This document shows positions 7,204-14,610 of a stretch of DNA of 64,000 bases, piece after piece (position 1 is the first letter of the stretch; the number at the start of each line of letters is the position of its first letter). The stretch is from a virus, in the IMG/VR virus record IMGVR_UViG_3300017971_000033; one strand, 5' to 3'. The notes beneath the pieces were generated by a model. It was not told the DNA's origin. It was given only the letters and a program-made list of their open reading frames with translations, and did not search any database. Position numbers and translations under genes: made by a program.

Positions 7204-7878
7204 TCAGTTGTGCGGATTGTCATTCCCGCTGTTTGGTGAATTGTCACGGCCCTTGCCGCGTCCGGGGTTGGTGCCGTCGCCTAATCCCGAGTGACTATTC
7301 GGATTACCGCCACTATCACTACCGCCGTCACCACCGCCATCGCCACCGTCGCCGTCGCCTCCATCATCGCCTGAGTCGCCGCCTCCGTTGCCGTTGTCAC
7401 CGCCTCCGTCCGTGCGGTCATTATCTCCCGAGTTGTTTCGTCCATTGTCATCTCCATCATCGTTAAACCGCGCGCCTGCAAACAGGTACGAGGTGTCCTT
7501 GTTTGCGCCATACGTTACGGCGCCGGCTTCCCAATCATTGTCATAGTCAGCACGGATACCGGCATAAGGCACAAGGTCTTTGTGGTGAGAGGAAAAAGCC
7601 ATACCAGCGGACGGGACAACCGAAGTGAACGCGGTTAGCCCGAGACCGATCTGATAGTTCTTGTTTCCATCGATTCCGGCCCTTGCCTCGGTATTGTCAC
7701 GGCGCACGATAACCTGCGCACCAACTGAGTCAAAGGTAAGCGGAACTGTAATGTGCAAGCCGACATATCTGTCATCGTCATCGGCCATTGCGGCGTTAGA
7801 TCCGAAAATCATAAAGCCAAGCGCAATGCCAATCACAAGCCAAACAAAGTCTCTTGCTATCTGTTTTTCTAACTTCAT
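7204..7878 (-). CDS. secreted Ail/Lom/OmpX-like beta-barrel candidate with a C-terminal Gly/Asp-rich tail
   Basis: Start MKLEKQ... at 7878, preceded by AAAGGAG. Signal peptide ...FGSNAAMA/DDDD. About 150 aa of alternating beta-strand-like sequence ends ...SYLFAGARF, followed by about 90 aa of G/D/N low complexity. Flanked by about 90-nt intergenic gaps on both sides (moron-like). Confidence 0.7.
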   Translation of the reverse strand: MKLEKQIARDFVWLVIGIALGFMIFGSNAAMADDDDRYVGLHITVPLTFDSVGAQVIVRRDNTEARAGIDGNKNYQIGLGLTAFTSVVPSAGMAFSSHHKDLVPYAGIRADYDNDWEAGAVTYGANKDTSYLFAGARFNDDGDDNGRNNSGDNDRTDGGGDNGNGGGDSGDDGGDGDGGDGGGDGGSDSGGNPNSHSGLGDGTNPGRGKGRDNSPNSGNDNPHN

Positions 7879-7966
7879 GGTATTACTCCTTTCGTTTGTC
7901 GGTAAAATCTCCTCCGACAAAAGCTATTTATTATTCTTGTTGTTTTGTTTTTATTATTGCTTGCCT

Positions 7967-8221
7967 TTACTCCTCGTCAGGCCAAGTGTATTCGCCAACA
8001 GCGTTGCGTACCCGTTCGATCGGATAAACCTTATCAGTCTGATCAAGGCGCATGACGCAATACTGTTGAAAGTTAGGTGTAACCTTTGCATCCCGGTAGC
8101 CGTATTGCAGGCACTCGTTTTCGGCCGTAGCGGTCAGGACGGTCAAGATCATCCCGTAAATAACAAGCGCAGCAAGTGAGCCAAGCCCCGAGAACACCAT
8201 GATCGGATACAAGATACGCAT
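7967..8221 (-). CDS. membrane-anchored hypothetical protein (84 aa)
   Basis: Start MRILYPIMVFSGLGSLAALVIYGMILTVL... at 8221, preceded by GGAGGA. Confidence 0.7.
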   Translation of the reverse strand: MRILYPIMVFSGLGSLAALVIYGMILTVLTATAENECLQYGYRDAKVTPNFQQYCVMRLDQTDKVYPIERVRNAVGEYTWPDEE

Positions 8222-8222
8222 G

Positions 8223-8465
8223 TCATTCCTCCGGGGTGCTTTTGTATTTGTATTCGGCGGCAAACTCGGTGAACTCCCTCAGAGAGTTTTCGAGCATCGT
8301 CCGATAGCGGGATGCCTTCTCAAGATTGCGCGACTGGATAAAGGCGTCAATCGTGTCCTTGATATCCATGAGGTCTTGATGCTTTAGAGCATCGAGCCGG
8401 CTGTCGAACTCCGAGCCATCCTCGGTGACAAAGACCGGCTTTTGTTTCTGCGTTATGCTTCCCAT
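8223..8465 (-). CDS. hypothetical protein
   Basis: ORF track; tightly packed. Confidence 0.8.
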   Translation of the reverse strand: MGSITQKQKPVFVTEDGSEFDSRLDALKHQDLMDIKDTIDAFIQSRNLEKASRYRTMLENSLREFTEFAAEYKYKSTPEE

Positions 8466-8624
8466 TTAAAGCTCCTCTGTTGTGGTGAATACGGCCATCC
8501 AGAACTCAAGGATGACATCGGCTAAATGAACAACCCAAGGCACCATGACGACACTAACCACGATAAAGAAGCCAAGGGATATCATTAAATCAAGCAAGTC
8601 AAATTTCCTCCAACGCTTTAGCAT
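8466..8624 (-). CDS. small membrane protein (52 aa)
   Basis: ATG 8624 preceded by GAGGAGGA. MLKRWRKFDLLDLMISLGFFIVVSVVMVPWVVHLADVILEFWMAVFTTTEEL. Its stop TAA abuts the next ATG (TAAATG). Below the ORF-track cutoff. Confidence 0.55.
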   Translation of the reverse strand: MLKRWRKFDLLDLMISLGFFIVVSVVMVPWVVHLADVILEFWMAVFTTTEEL

Positions 8625-8625
8625 T

Positions 8626-9360
8626 TTATGTTTCCTCCTCCTTGGTGTAGCGAGTCACCGCATTATCAAAATCCTGCGGCGTGTTTATTGCCCTTCCTGA
8701 CGTTTTGCAAGATGTCAGCCGCGGACAATATGCGGTCATCCCGTTTTCAAGCACTCGCATTTGCTCCAAGCCTTCTTGCTTCTCCAGCTCCCTGTTTGTC
8801 AACATGGTGTAAGCATCGAGGAAGGTTGGATAGTAGGCATAGATCCCGCAATGGCGTTTGGCCGCTGGTAAACCAACGCGGGTAAAATAAAGCGCCCTGT
8901 CATCCTTGCTGGTTATTACCTTGACTATTCCGGGATCATCGATCTCCGAGGATGATTGAAATTCCTCGTGCATGCAGAACAATGTTCGGTGCCGGTTATG
9001 GACTAGACATTCTTTTGCATACTGGTAGATCTCATCTATCGCCAGCGGATCCACCTCGAACTTGTCGCCTTGGACATTGATGATGACTTCGCTTAGCGGC
9101 AGGTCTAACCGCTTAACAAGATCGGCAACCCGCTCAGTCCCGTTAGCAAGGTTCGCGTATGTCATAGCGGTCTCTGCGCCGAACTGCCGGCAGACCTCCT
9201 CGACCTCCGGGGCATCGGTAGCAATCACAATACGGTTAGCCGAAGCGGCTTGAGCGGCTCGCTCATAGGTATGTTGAATGATTGGCTTGCCGCCGATAAT
9301 CCGCAGCGGTTTGTTCGGTAGGCGGTAGGATGCCGCCCTTGCAGGAATTACTATGATCAT
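8626..9360 (-). CDS. kdsB: KdsB-like cytidylyltransferase (CMP-Kdo / CMP-ulosonic acid synthetase family)
   Basis: Collinear with E. coli KdsB across the protein: IVIPARAASYRLPNKPL, GKPIIQHTYERA, RIVIATD, NGTERVADLV, IINVQGD, ALYFTR, GIYAYY, LEQMRVLENG, INTPQDF. Confidence 0.88.
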   Translation of the reverse strand: MIIVIPARAASYRLPNKPLRIIGGKPIIQHTYERAAQAASANRIVIATDAPEVEEVCRQFGAETAMTYANLANGTERVADLVKRLDLPLSEVIINVQGDKFEVDPLAIDEIYQYAKECLVHNRHRTLFCMHEEFQSSSEIDDPGIVKVITSKDDRALYFTRVGLPAAKRHCGIYAYYPTFLDAYTMLTNRELEKQEGLEQMRVLENGMTAYCPRLTSCKTSGRAINTPQDFDNAVTRYTKEEET

Positions 9361-9393
9361 TTTCCTCTCCGGGCCTTCTGTGGTGACGTATGA

Positions 9394-9454
9394 GCCGCGA
9401 AAGGGGTTGAGGCCTTGTGGTTATACTACCGAGCCTCAGATCCCCTTTCGCGGC
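9394..9454 (-). other. long imperfect hairpin (13 + 6 bp) downstream of gene 9469-9708
   Basis: gccgcgaaagggg (9394-9406) pairs with cccctttcgcggc (9442-9454). tgaggc (9408-9413) pairs with gcctca (9433-9438). No U-tract. Confidence 0.5.
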
Positions 9455-9468
9455 CGCTTATGAGGCCG

Positions 9469-9708
9469 TTATTCGGCCTCCTCCTCGCTTTCCCCCGAGC
9501 CATAAACGTTCTCGGTCGGCTTGATGTCCTCAGGCGGCTCGCCGTTGTCCCTGCGTTCTCGCCATTCGGCCATTAGCGATTTGACCTCGCCGTGACCTAA
9601 GCCATACTCCATGACGATTATGGCCCGAGCGGAATCAAGGTTGTCAGAGACCTCCAACTCATCAAGCAATCGGAAAATCTCGCGGCGGTTACTTTTGAAT
9701 GTACTCAT
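9469..9708 (-). CDS. hypothetical acidic protein (79 aa)
   Basis: Start MSTFKSNRREIF... at 9708, preceded by CGGAGGAAAG. Confidence 0.75.
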   Translation of the reverse strand: MSTFKSNRREIFRLLDELEVSDNLDSARAIIVMEYGLGHGEVKSLMAEWRERRDNGEPPEDIKPTENVYGSGESEEEAE

Positions 9709-9937
9709 GGGCTTTCCTCCGGTTTTGTTCAATCAGGCGGTTTTCAACGGTTGGCCGCATCAGTTGAACGTTAGAGATCATCAAATCCATAAAGACTCGC
9801 TGCTGTTCGTCGCAGCCTTCCTTCATGGCACCTTTCAACAAGGCCTTGAACATATCGAGAGAGGTATCGAATCCTGACATAAAAACCCCTGACAACATAT
9901 CCGCAAGTCCCTGCTGGTCCGTGTTTACTTCAATCAT
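9689..9937 (-). CDS. hypothetical protein (82 aa)
   Basis: Start MIEVNTDQQGL... at 9937 overlaps the stop of the exonuclease gene. The listed 182-aa ORF has a spurious R/K/S-rich N-terminal extension. Confidence 0.7.
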   Translation of the reverse strand: MIEVNTDQQGLADMLSGVFMSGFDTSLDMFKALLKGAMKEGCDEQQRVFMDLMISNVQLMRPTVENRLIEQNRRKAHEYIQK

Positions 9938-10871
9938 CAGCAGCCTCCTTGGTTGCTTCTTCCTTCGCCTTGCGATCTGCCGTTTCTTGTTTGAACTGGT
10001 GGCAGAAGTCTTTAACGTCACAATAACTATTGCAACGCTTATTCTCACCGAGAACAAGCTCAATAGAATATCCCTTCTTGAGACTACCATCCTCGACAAA
10101 GCCCTTCTGCTTGCAGTAGGCTTCCGCTTCCTCGATTGTCGGCAGGTTGCGGATGGATGACTTGCGCCCTTCTTTGCGGATCTTGTAGGTGTCACCGCTA
10201 TACCACTTCTCATCCTTCGCGCAAGGTGGCAATTCATGGTCGGGGTATTCCTTCGCCATAACGTGGAGAGAGAGGCGCTCGTTAATATAGCGCTCTATTT
10301 CCTCGTCAGACTTCGGCTCAATGACAATGCGCTGAACAGCCGCATCAGGCATGTTGGGATCTTCGCGGTGCCTGCGGTTAAAGTCGCGCAGGAAGGCAAC
10401 AATCTCGATGCTGTCAACCTGATAGCCGGAGTGTCGAGCGAGATAGGCGTAGAGATTTAACTGGTCTGACCAGCGCTTGACTGTCTCGTCGCTGTTCATC
10501 GCATAAATACTCGTATCCTTGTAATCAACAAGAGCGGTCTCATCTTCGCTTGTCAGCAGGTCAAACTTGCCGGTCAGGATACCTTGCTCAAACTCCTTGC
10601 GCACTCTGTCCTCAACGATTCCTGTCTTGTTGGCGCGTTCCAGTGCGCCGTGCATTGATTTACCGCGAGCCGCAAAGATCATTTGATCTACGTCAACGAT
10701 AATGTCATTCCAATGGCGACGGCGCAGTTGTACTTGCTGCGGCGGTGACATCAAGGCGGTCACGCTTATGACGAACTTCTCTCCGGGTTTCGGTACATGG
10801 TAATCGTAATCATCGAGCATAATCAGATTAACCAGTGCCTCCGGGAAATTCTGGCGGTTTGTGTATTTCAT
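9930..10871 (-). CDS. PD-(D/E)XK (RecB/Cas4-like) exonuclease
   Basis: GKFDLL...ALVDYKDTS provides the D...D/ExK core, followed by QLNLYAYL (the QxxxY motif). C-terminal Cys cluster CNSYCDVKDFC. Confidence 0.8.
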   Translation of the reverse strand: MKYTNRQNFPEALVNLIMLDDYDYHVPKPGEKFVISVTALMSPPQQVQLRRRHWNDIIVDVDQMIFAARGKSMHGALERANKTGIVEDRVRKEFEQGILTGKFDLLTSEDETALVDYKDTSIYAMNSDETVKRWSDQLNLYAYLARHSGYQVDSIEIVAFLRDFNRRHREDPNMPDAAVQRIVIEPKSDEEIERYINERLSLHVMAKEYPDHELPPCAKDEKWYSGDTYKIRKEGRKSSIRNLPTIEEAEAYCKQKGFVEDGSLKKGYSIELVLGENKRCNSYCDVKDFCHQFKQETADRKAKEEATKEAADD

Positions 10872-11104
10872 CGGCGCACCCCTTTCTTTGGCTTGAACTC
10901 GCCACAGAAATCACCGTCTGTCGTAATTGGACGGACAAAGGAGCAGGCGTTCTCGGTAGCGGCGCAGAAATCCTCTGGCATGTTGCCGACATAAACCGGA
11001 TCAAGGAGCGGCGGGTACCGGTAGCAGAATCCCGTTAGATTATTCTCAATGTTGCTTTGCCACGTATCCCGCCAATAAAAGCAATTGATGCATTTTTCTT
11101 TCAT
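10868..11104 (-). CDS. Cys-rich hypothetical protein
   Basis: ORF track; ATGA overlap with the downstream gene. Confidence 0.75.
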   Translation of the reverse strand: MKEKCINCFYWRDTWQSNIENNLTGFCYRYPPLLDPVYVGNMPEDFCAATENACSFVRPITTDGDFCGEFKPKKGVRR

Positions 11105-11130
11105 TGCAATTCCTCTTTTTAGAAAGGCAA

Positions 11131-11152
11131 CGCACGGGGTGAACCGTGCGCG
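11131..11152 (-). terminator. hairpin downstream of the SSB-like gene (weak terminator or processing site)
   Basis: gcacgg (11131) pairs with ccgtgc (11147). In minus sense it is followed by a moderately U-rich tail. Confidence 0.35.
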
Positions 11153-11168
11153 CCTTGGTTGGGGTTAC

Positions 11169-11846
11169 TTAAAAAGGGATGTCGTCATCGAAGTCGTCAT
11201 CAACATGCGGCGACGGTGCCGATGCGTTGGCTTGCGTTACGCTCTGATCAGTCGGCTCATCGTTACCGTATAACGCACGATATTGCTTGGAATCCTTGAT
11301 CATGCGCTGATAGCCTTGACCTAACTTCTCAAAGGTCTCTTTGTCGAATTCAGACAAATCAAACTTGAGAAGCGGCGTTAAGCGCTTCGGAACATCAACC
11401 CCTGTCGGTGGAGACATGACAACGGTAACTTGCTCGCGGATGTCGCCGTTTTTCTTCTTGGCGTGGATTACACCAATCAGGCCGGGACGACCGAGCAAGC
11501 CATTGGGATTCCCTTCCGGGTCCCACTTATCAACAATGTCATAGTTCTCCGCTTCCTCGTCATTGTCAAAGGCACGACCAAGCCAGCTTTCCACTCGCTT
11601 ACGCAAGTTGGCTTTCTCGTTCATTGACAGAGTTAGAAACTCGGTAACTTGGAAGGGGTATTGTTTCCCCTCGTCGTTTGGTTCCTTGAGGCAAGTGGTT
11701 AGCTCATAAACAAAGCAGACTTTGTGGACATCCTTCGAGTACATCTCATTGAATGTCGTGCCAAGGTCAATGATCTTTGTCAGATATCCGGGATGGTTTC
11801 CGGGTGGCGCCTTCGGGAAGTCAACGGCGTTAGCAGGTGCTTTCAT
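11169..11846 (-). CDS. phage single-stranded-DNA-binding-type protein with a canonical SSB C-terminal tip
   Basis: Start MKAPANAVDF... at 11846, preceded by AAAGGAG. The C-terminus ...DDDFDDDIPF matches the acidic tip of bacterial SSB (E. coli SSB ends DFDDDIPF). Confidence 0.75.
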   Translation of the reverse strand: MKAPANAVDFPKAPPGNHPGYLTKIIDLGTTFNEMYSKDVHKVCFVYELTTCLKEPNDEGKQYPFQVTEFLTLSMNEKANLRKRVESWLGRAFDNDEEAENYDIVDKWDPEGNPNGLLGRPGLIGVIHAKKKNGDIREQVTVVMSPPTGVDVPKRLTPLLKFDLSEFDKETFEKLGQGYQRMIKDSKQYRALYGNDEPTDQSVTQANASAPSPHVDDDFDDDIPF

Positions 11847-11918
11847 AACTTTACTCCTTTCACGGTTTCGTGGATTCACCTCGATTCGGCTTATGCCTTT
11901 GAGGTGTCAATTAAGCTA

Positions 11919-11962
11919 CCATGACGACCGCCTATTTGACAGCCGTCATGGCGAACTTTTTT
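11919..11962. terminator. 8-bp hairpin with the T-run on the plus strand and the A-run on the minus strand (bidirectional-type terminator)
   Basis: ccatgacg (11919-11926) pairs with cgtcatgg (11944-11951). TTTTTT at 11957-11962 overlaps the stop of the minus-strand DUF932 gene. Confidence 0.45.
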
Positions 11963-13022
11963 AGGCGGCTTCTGCTATCCGCTGCCACTCCGAATTCCCG
12001 AGAGTAAGGATCTTCCCGCCTAACTGGTGGAGATCTTCGGCTCGGTCGGCGCCGGTCTTGTTGGCCTGCGCCGTAACCGCGTTCAGAACGCCCCAGCGGC
12101 TGTAATCCTGCGCCTTGATTAAATCCTCAAGGATTCCTTCGGATTCCATCGAGGGGAGCGCATATGCCTTCTGAAGCACCTCTACGGCCTTGATTGGATT
12201 CTCCACCTTGGTTCCCTGCGTGGCTGCACGCATCTCTTCCATCAGCCGGAAGAACAAATTGGGATCTGAGAGGTTGTGGATGGCATCCCGGATCTGCAAG
12301 AGCATTGCCTTATCCAAGGCTTCTTGCGTGTCGGCACGGTAGACAACATTGTCATCATTGCCAACCTTCGGCCCGAGGTGCGTCTTGCGGACTCGACCGC
12401 TGTTGATTTCCTTCGGGACGATCATCCCGTTAGAGCAAACCAGTCTGTAGATAAGCGGCGAAATATCCAAGGCACCAAGCCCGACTTCCGAGTTCCGGAT
12501 CCGCAGACCCCACTGGACGGGATCACCAACGGCCACATCCCCGATGATCTTTGGCATGCGGACATTGATATACAAGTTGCGGTCAGTCACATCGGAACTG
12601 ACAACCTCGTATGAACCGAGCTCCTTATCCATCATCGCCTGCAAGGAAGTCATGGCAACCGGGAGGTTGTCAATTCGCTTGTAATGATCTGACAGGAAGG
12701 CGCGGGCTTCTCCGTCAAGCGTGCGAACCATGCGCCGCTTCGGTTCCTTGTTGAACCAGAAGTTCACATTATCCGCAAGCAGTTCCGGGTTAGCAGACCG
12801 CAGGCGGTCATAGTACCGCGTCGGGATCTTGGTGTGAGTGGCGATCTGCTGATGCGCCAAGTCGTTGGCGGGCATCCCCTCGTCATTGGTAATGCCTTCG
12901 AGGAGTAACGTGGTGTCCGGCGTCATCTCTAAATCGCGGGAATCAATCACAAAATCCTCTTTGACAATTTCACGGCGCTGCAATTCATGCAGTAACTCTT
13001 CGACAGTTTTACCTTGATACAT
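11961..13022 (-). CDS. DUF932-family protein (phage/plasmid-associated)
   Basis: Start MYQGKTVEEL... at 13022, preceded by AAAGAGGAA. AHQQIATHTKIPTRYYDRL ... RAFLSDHYKRIDNLPV matches my recollection of the DUF932 signature. Confidence 0.75.
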   Translation of the reverse strand: MYQGKTVEELLHELQRREIVKEDFVIDSRDLEMTPDTTLLLEGITNDEGMPANDLAHQQIATHTKIPTRYYDRLRSANPELLADNVNFWFNKEPKRRMVRTLDGEARAFLSDHYKRIDNLPVAMTSLQAMMDKELGSYEVVSSDVTDRNLYINVRMPKIIGDVAVGDPVQWGLRIRNSEVGLGALDISPLIYRLVCSNGMIVPKEINSGRVRKTHLGPKVGNDDNVVYRADTQEALDKAMLLQIRDAIHNLSDPNLFFRLMEEMRAATQGTKVENPIKAVEVLQKAYALPSMESEGILEDLIKAQDYSRWGVLNAVTAQANKTGADRAEDLHQLGGKILTLGNSEWQRIAEAA

Positions 13023-13065
13023 TTTAAGATTCCTCTTTAAGGTTAAGTGCGTCAAAAAATACTCG

Positions 13066-13094
13066 TTGACTGAAAAATCGGAAGTGGCTAGTAT
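13066..13094 (+). promoter_or_regulatory. sigma70-type promoter candidate TTGACT-17 nt-TAGTAT
   Basis: -35 TTGACT at 13066-13071, a 17-nt spacer, and -10 TAGTAT at 13089-13094. Located in a 150-nt gap between minus-strand genes. Confidence 0.45.
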
Positions 13095-13101
13095 TCCGCT
13101 T

Positions 13102-13174
13102 GATCACTCCTTCGTTGATCTCGGAAGAACCTCACTTCCAACATTTGCCCCGTCATAACTGGCGGGGCTTTTTT
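13102..13174 (+). ncRNA. candidate ~70-nt small RNA, antisense to the leftward operon
   Basis: The promoter above is followed by hairpins GATCA/TGATC (13102-13120) and GGAAG/CTTCC (13123-13139), then an intrinsic terminator at 13147-13174. Confidence 0.4.
13147..13174 (+). terminator. rho-independent terminator (plus sense)
   Basis: GCCCCGTC (13147-13154) pairs with GGCGGGGC (13161-13168), followed by TTTTTT. The only non-WC pair is U-G in plus sense and C-A in minus sense. Confidence 0.6.
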
Positions 13175-13484
13175 AATGCTCCTCGTATGAATCAATAATC
13201 AACTGCGCAATCTCGGGCCAGTTGACCTTTGAAAATCCAACGCTGAGCAAGTCGTAAAGCAAGCCGGGTCCTTTCACCTCCTTGTCTAACATTGATTGAT
13301 AGTAGGCTTCCATTTGAACGCCGATAAAAATCTCAAGCGGCGAACCAAGTGAAGCGGGGCTTTGTAACTTGACCAACTGCGCGGCAAGGTCAAGCCATCG
13401 GTTGAACTGCGTATCATCAGCGAATAGCCATGACGCAGCCAACCAAGTTTCGTGATTGGAAACCTGATGCGGTGCTATATTCAT
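13173..13484 (-). CDS. hypothetical protein
   Basis: ORF track; ATGA overlap upstream. Confidence 0.8.
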   Translation of the reverse strand: MNIAPHQVSNHETWLAASWLFADDTQFNRWLDLAAQLVKLQSPASLGSPLEIFIGVQMEAYYQSMLDKEVKGPGLLYDLLSVGFSKVNWPEIAQLIIDSYEEH

Positions 13485-13672
13485 TCTCCATCCTCCTCGA
13501 TCATGTAGGTGAAATAGCGGCTATTAATGGTTCGATATCCACCGGAAGCGTAAACTCTGACCTTCTTGATACGCTCACGGACCTGAGCCCCGCGCTCAGC
13601 CAACCGCTTGCGGGCGGTTGACTTTGCGCAGCCTTGCTCCTTGGCATATTCCTCAGCGGTAACTTCCCGCAT
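13481..13672 (-). CDS. small basic protein, possibly DNA-binding
   Basis: ORF track. EQGCAKSTARKRLAERG is HTH-like. Confidence 0.7.
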   Translation of the reverse strand: MREVTAEEYAKEQGCAKSTARKRLAERGAQVRERIKKVRVYASGGYRTINSRYFTYMIEEDGE

Positions 13673-13674
13673 GG

Positions 13675-13989
13675 TTATACCTCAAACGCGGACGGGATGA
13701 CAGCAACAAGCCGCGCATCCTTTTGACAAAAACCGACATCAAACACAGCGTTTGTCGGATCAATCAAGCCAGCATTTTCCAGTGCGTCAAAAGCACCGGC
13801 ATAGATGCCGTTAAGCCGGACAAAGGTAAACCCCGGAGAGATATCTATGTCAATGAGGTTGACAGTCGGCACAAGGATTGGCGAGCCATCTTCCGCGTCA
13901 ACCAACTCGATGGCGGGTCTGCCGTTCGGATAACTCCGCAAAAAGGCCTTGCATGTGTAGTCTTGGAATTTAAGTGTCGGTGCCTTCAT
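13675..13989 (-). CDS. hypothetical protein
   Basis: ORF track; tight packing. Confidence 0.8.
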   Translation of the reverse strand: MKAPTLKFQDYTCKAFLRSYPNGRPAIELVDAEDGSPILVPTVNLIDIDISPGFTFVRLNGIYAGAFDALENAGLIDPTNAVFDVGFCQKDARLVAVIPSAFEV

Positions 13990-13990
13990 A

Positions 13991-14287
13991 TCATTCTCCC
14001 GTTTTAAAAGTATCCATGTAATGCGACCAAGCGATGTCTGACAGAAGCTCAGCCGTCTTTACGCACTCGTAAAGGTAAGCGGCTTTGTCATAGTCGCGGC
14101 ATATCAATGATCCCTTCGCTTGTTCACGCAAAAGCGTGACAATCCCGGAGAGCCGGTTAGAGATCATGTTCCACTCGACTGCGGTGGCATCATGTCCTGC
14201 GCCGCCCCACGTTATGTAGAGGGCGCTTTCCTCGTCGGTTAGCCGCGCAAGCGGCAGTTCATTTTCAGCCGGTATGACAAACATCAT
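13991..14287 (-). CDS. hypothetical protein
   Basis: ORF track; tight packing. Confidence 0.8.
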   Translation of the reverse strand: MMFVIPAENELPLARLTDEESALYITWGGAGHDATAVEWNMISNRLSGIVTLLREQAKGSLICRDYDKAAYLYECVKTAELLSDIAWSHYMDTFKTGE

Positions 14288-14610
14288 TCAATGTCCGGCA
14301 GCATGGTGTAGAGGTCATACTGCGCCGACTCAAAATCCTCTTGGTATTTGAGCAGCGTTTTGATTTGGTGCTCCAAGTGCTTTAGATCAATTTCCTCATC
14401 AGCAATCTTGGATCCAGTCGGATACTCGACGCCATACACGGAAAAGGTAAGGTCATCATAATCGCAATCAAATGCGAGCATGTGAGCCTTTCCGCTTGTC
14501 GGGAAGCCGGCCAGCATCAACCAAGAATAAAACGCATCAGACGGCGTATATTCATCTTTGGCGTAGTAGTTCAATCCTATTACGGCGTATGCAGTCATAA
14601 GGCACCTCAA
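14284..14610 (-). CDS. hypothetical acidic protein
   Basis: ORF track; ATGA overlaps on both sides. Confidence 0.8.
   Translation of the reverse strand: MRCLMTAYAVIGLNYYAKDEYTPSDAFYSWLMLAGFPTSGKAHMLAFDCDYDDLTFSVYGVEYPTGSKIADEEIDLKHLEHQIKTLLKYQEDFESAQYDLYTMLPDIE

Noticed and set aside
7194-7466. 90-aa His/Arg-rich plus-strand ORF, and the 76-aa ORF 7281-7511
   Set aside because: These are antisense or off-frame shadows of the Gly/Asp low-complexity tail of gene 7204-7878.
9689-10237. Listed 182-aa ORF, and similarly the 149-aa ORF 3791-4240 and the 113-aa ORF 5556-5897
   Set aside because: The N-terminal extensions are basic, low-complexity read-through of the upstream gene in another frame. 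Internal starts with an SD or ATGA coupling fit the gene packing.
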